Below are positions 14,101-19,269 of a stretch of DNA of 19,269 nucleotides, piece after piece. The DNA lies in IMG/VR virus record IMGVR_UViG_3300029186_000016, positions 1 through 19,269 of that record. The stretch is one strand, 5' to 3'. A program made the translations under genes and the position numbers. The notes under the pieces were generated by a model that saw only the letters and a program-made list of their open reading frames with translations, had not been told where the DNA came from and did no database searches. How positions within the stretch are numbered: the stretch's first letter is position 1; each line of letters begins with the position of its first letter. Source of the DNA: a virus. Taxonomy: Duplodnaviria > Heunggongvirae > Uroviricota > Caudoviricetes.

Positions 14101-14353
14101 GTTTTGCTGATGCGCGGTATTGTCGCCGTATCCCCGCATTAACAGAGACCGCAGCCCGACCGGGAGACTCCTCTGCGCGAGTGTGCGGGGATAATCAAAA
14201 ACGATACACACCGGGGTTTACCGCGTTAACGGAGCGCGGCGTTGTCCCCTCATAGTCGCCTGTCCGGTGCGATGGTGGAAGAAACCGGACTACATTGAAA
14301 ATGATAACCATTATCATTTTTGCGGGTCCTTTCCGGCGATCCGGGCCGTTACG

Positions 14354-14365
14354 GGGCGGCGACCT
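14354..14365 (+). other. cosN cohesive-end sequence GGGCGGCGACCT (lambda-type)
   Basis: Exact 12-mer present, flanked by ...GGCCGTTACG on the left and CGCGGGTTTTCGCTATTTATGAAAATTTTCCGG on the right, matching the lambda cos junction as I recall it. About 190 nt upstream of nu1. Confidence 0.8.
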
Positions 14366-14405
14366 CGCGGGTTTTCGCTATTTATGAAAATTTTCCGGGG
14401 AAAAT

Positions 14406-14514
14406 CATGTCGGTACTTCTCGAACATAACTATTTGTTTTTTCTAATATCGAATCCGTAAAAGGTCCGACATGAAAACGCCTAAAAAAGTCATTTTCGGG
14501 CACTTTCATGTCGG
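14406..14514 (+). repeat. cosB-like region: three copies of CATGTCGG in alternating orientation (putative small-terminase R sites) flanking an AT-rich IHF-like spacer
   Basis: CATGTCGG at 14406-14413 (+), CCGACATG at 14466-14473 (reverse complement) and CATGTCGG at 14507-14514 (+), with consensus about tTTCATGTCGGnCC. Lies between cosN and the nu1 start. Confidence 0.55.
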
Positions 14515-14541
14515 CCCCTGTATTTATTGTGAGACTGTTTC

Positions 14542-15061
14542 ATGAAGGTTAATAAAAAGAAACTTGCCGAAATTTTCAACGTGGATCCGCGAACGATTGA
14601 ACGCTGGCAGTCTCAGGGACTCCCTTGCGTCTCCGGAGGTGGTAAGGGCGTTGAATCTGTATTTGATACCGCCATGGCAATTCAGTGGTATGCGCAGAGG
14701 GAAGCTGATATCGAAAATGAAAAACTCCGTAAAGAGGTTGAGGATTACAGGGCTGCCAGTGAGGCAGATCTCCAGCCTGGGACTATTGAGTACGAACGCC
14801 ATCGACTTACGCGTGCGCAGGCCGACGCACAGGAGCTGAAGAATGCCAGAGACTCCGCAGAGGTGGTGGAAACCGCATTCTGTACTTTCGTGCTGTCACG
14901 GATCGCAGGTGAAATTGCCAGTATTCTTGACGGGATCCCTCTCTCGGTACAGCGGCGTTTTCCGGAACTGGAAAACCGACATGTTGATTTCCTGAAACGG
15001 GATATCATCAAAGCCATGAACAAAGCAGCCGCGCTGGATGAACTGATACCGGGGTTGCTGA

Positions 15062-15087
<26 letters not shown>
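14542..15087 (+). CDS. nu1: Terminase small subunit (lambda Nu1-like)
   Basis: The 181-aa translation resembles lambda gpNu1 as I recall it (N-terminal wHTH, C-terminal ...[17 protein letters not shown]). Its 3' end overlaps the GTG start of A. Confidence 0.9.
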
Positions 15088-18770
<3,683 letters not shown>

Positions 18771-18788
<18 letters not shown>

Positions 18789-19269
18789 TCTCCCGCATAT
18801 TGCCAGCATGGCTTTTAATGAGCCGCTGATGCTTGAACCCGCCTATGCGCGGGTTTTCTTTTGTGCGCTTGCAGGCCAGTTTGGGATCAGCCGCCTGACG
18901 GATGCAGTATCCGGCGACAGCCTGACTGCCGGAGAGGCACCCGCGGCGCTGGCGTTATCCGGTGATGATGACGGACCACGACAGGCCCGCAGTTATCAGG
19001 TCATGAACGGCATCGCCGTGCTGCCGGTGTCCGGTACGCTGGTCAGCCGGACGCGGGCGCTGCAGCCGTATTCGGGAATGACCGGTTACAACGGCATTAT
19101 CGCCCGTCTGCAACAGGCTGCCAGCGATCCGATGGTGGACGGCATTCTGCTGGATATGGACACACCGGGCGGGATGGTGGCGGGAGCATTTGACTGTGCT
19201 GACATCATCGCCCGTGTGCGAGACATAAAACCGGTATGGGCGCTGGCCAACGACATGAACTGCAGTGCA
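18771..19269 (+). CDS. C: Head maturation protease / scaffold (lambda gpC-like), 3' end outside the window
   Basis: GTG at 18771 opens a frame that stays open to the window end. N-terminal translation TAELRNLPHIASMAFNEPLMLEPAYARVFF matches lambda C as I recall it. Overlaps the B 3' end by 18 nt. Not in the ORF track because there is no in-window stop. Confidence 0.8.

Overview
This window reads as one contiguous segment of a lambdoid (lambda / Stx-phage-like) enterobacterial prophage, with almost every gene on the + strand. In order: the 3' end of a replication-initiator gene and a DnaC-like AAA+ helicase loader; a nin-like block of seven translationally coupled small ORFs; a visibly AT-rich islet carrying a small membrane protein and an intact-looking hok/mok type I toxin locus; a DUF968/HNH-type protein; rusA; a Q-like antiterminator with a late-promoter region and tR'-like terminator; a small wHTH protein; a beta-class DNA methyltransferase; three tRNAs (anticodons CAU, UCG, UCU); a cargo slot with no stx genes but an AT-rich minus-strand ORF; a nanS-p-like sialate O-acetylesterase; a lysis cassette (dual-start pinholin, an inserted ORF, SAR-type endolysin, Rz/Rz1); a lambda-type cos site; and lambda-like nu1, A, W, B and the start of C. 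I found no integrase, att site, CRISPR array, IS element or Shiga toxin genes. All protein assignments rest on motifs I can read in the translations and on family resemblance recalled from memory; no database search was run. The least explained parts are the two AT-rich islets (3766-4700 and 9332-10163), the unknown nin-like ORFs, and the MTase with its small wHTH partner.
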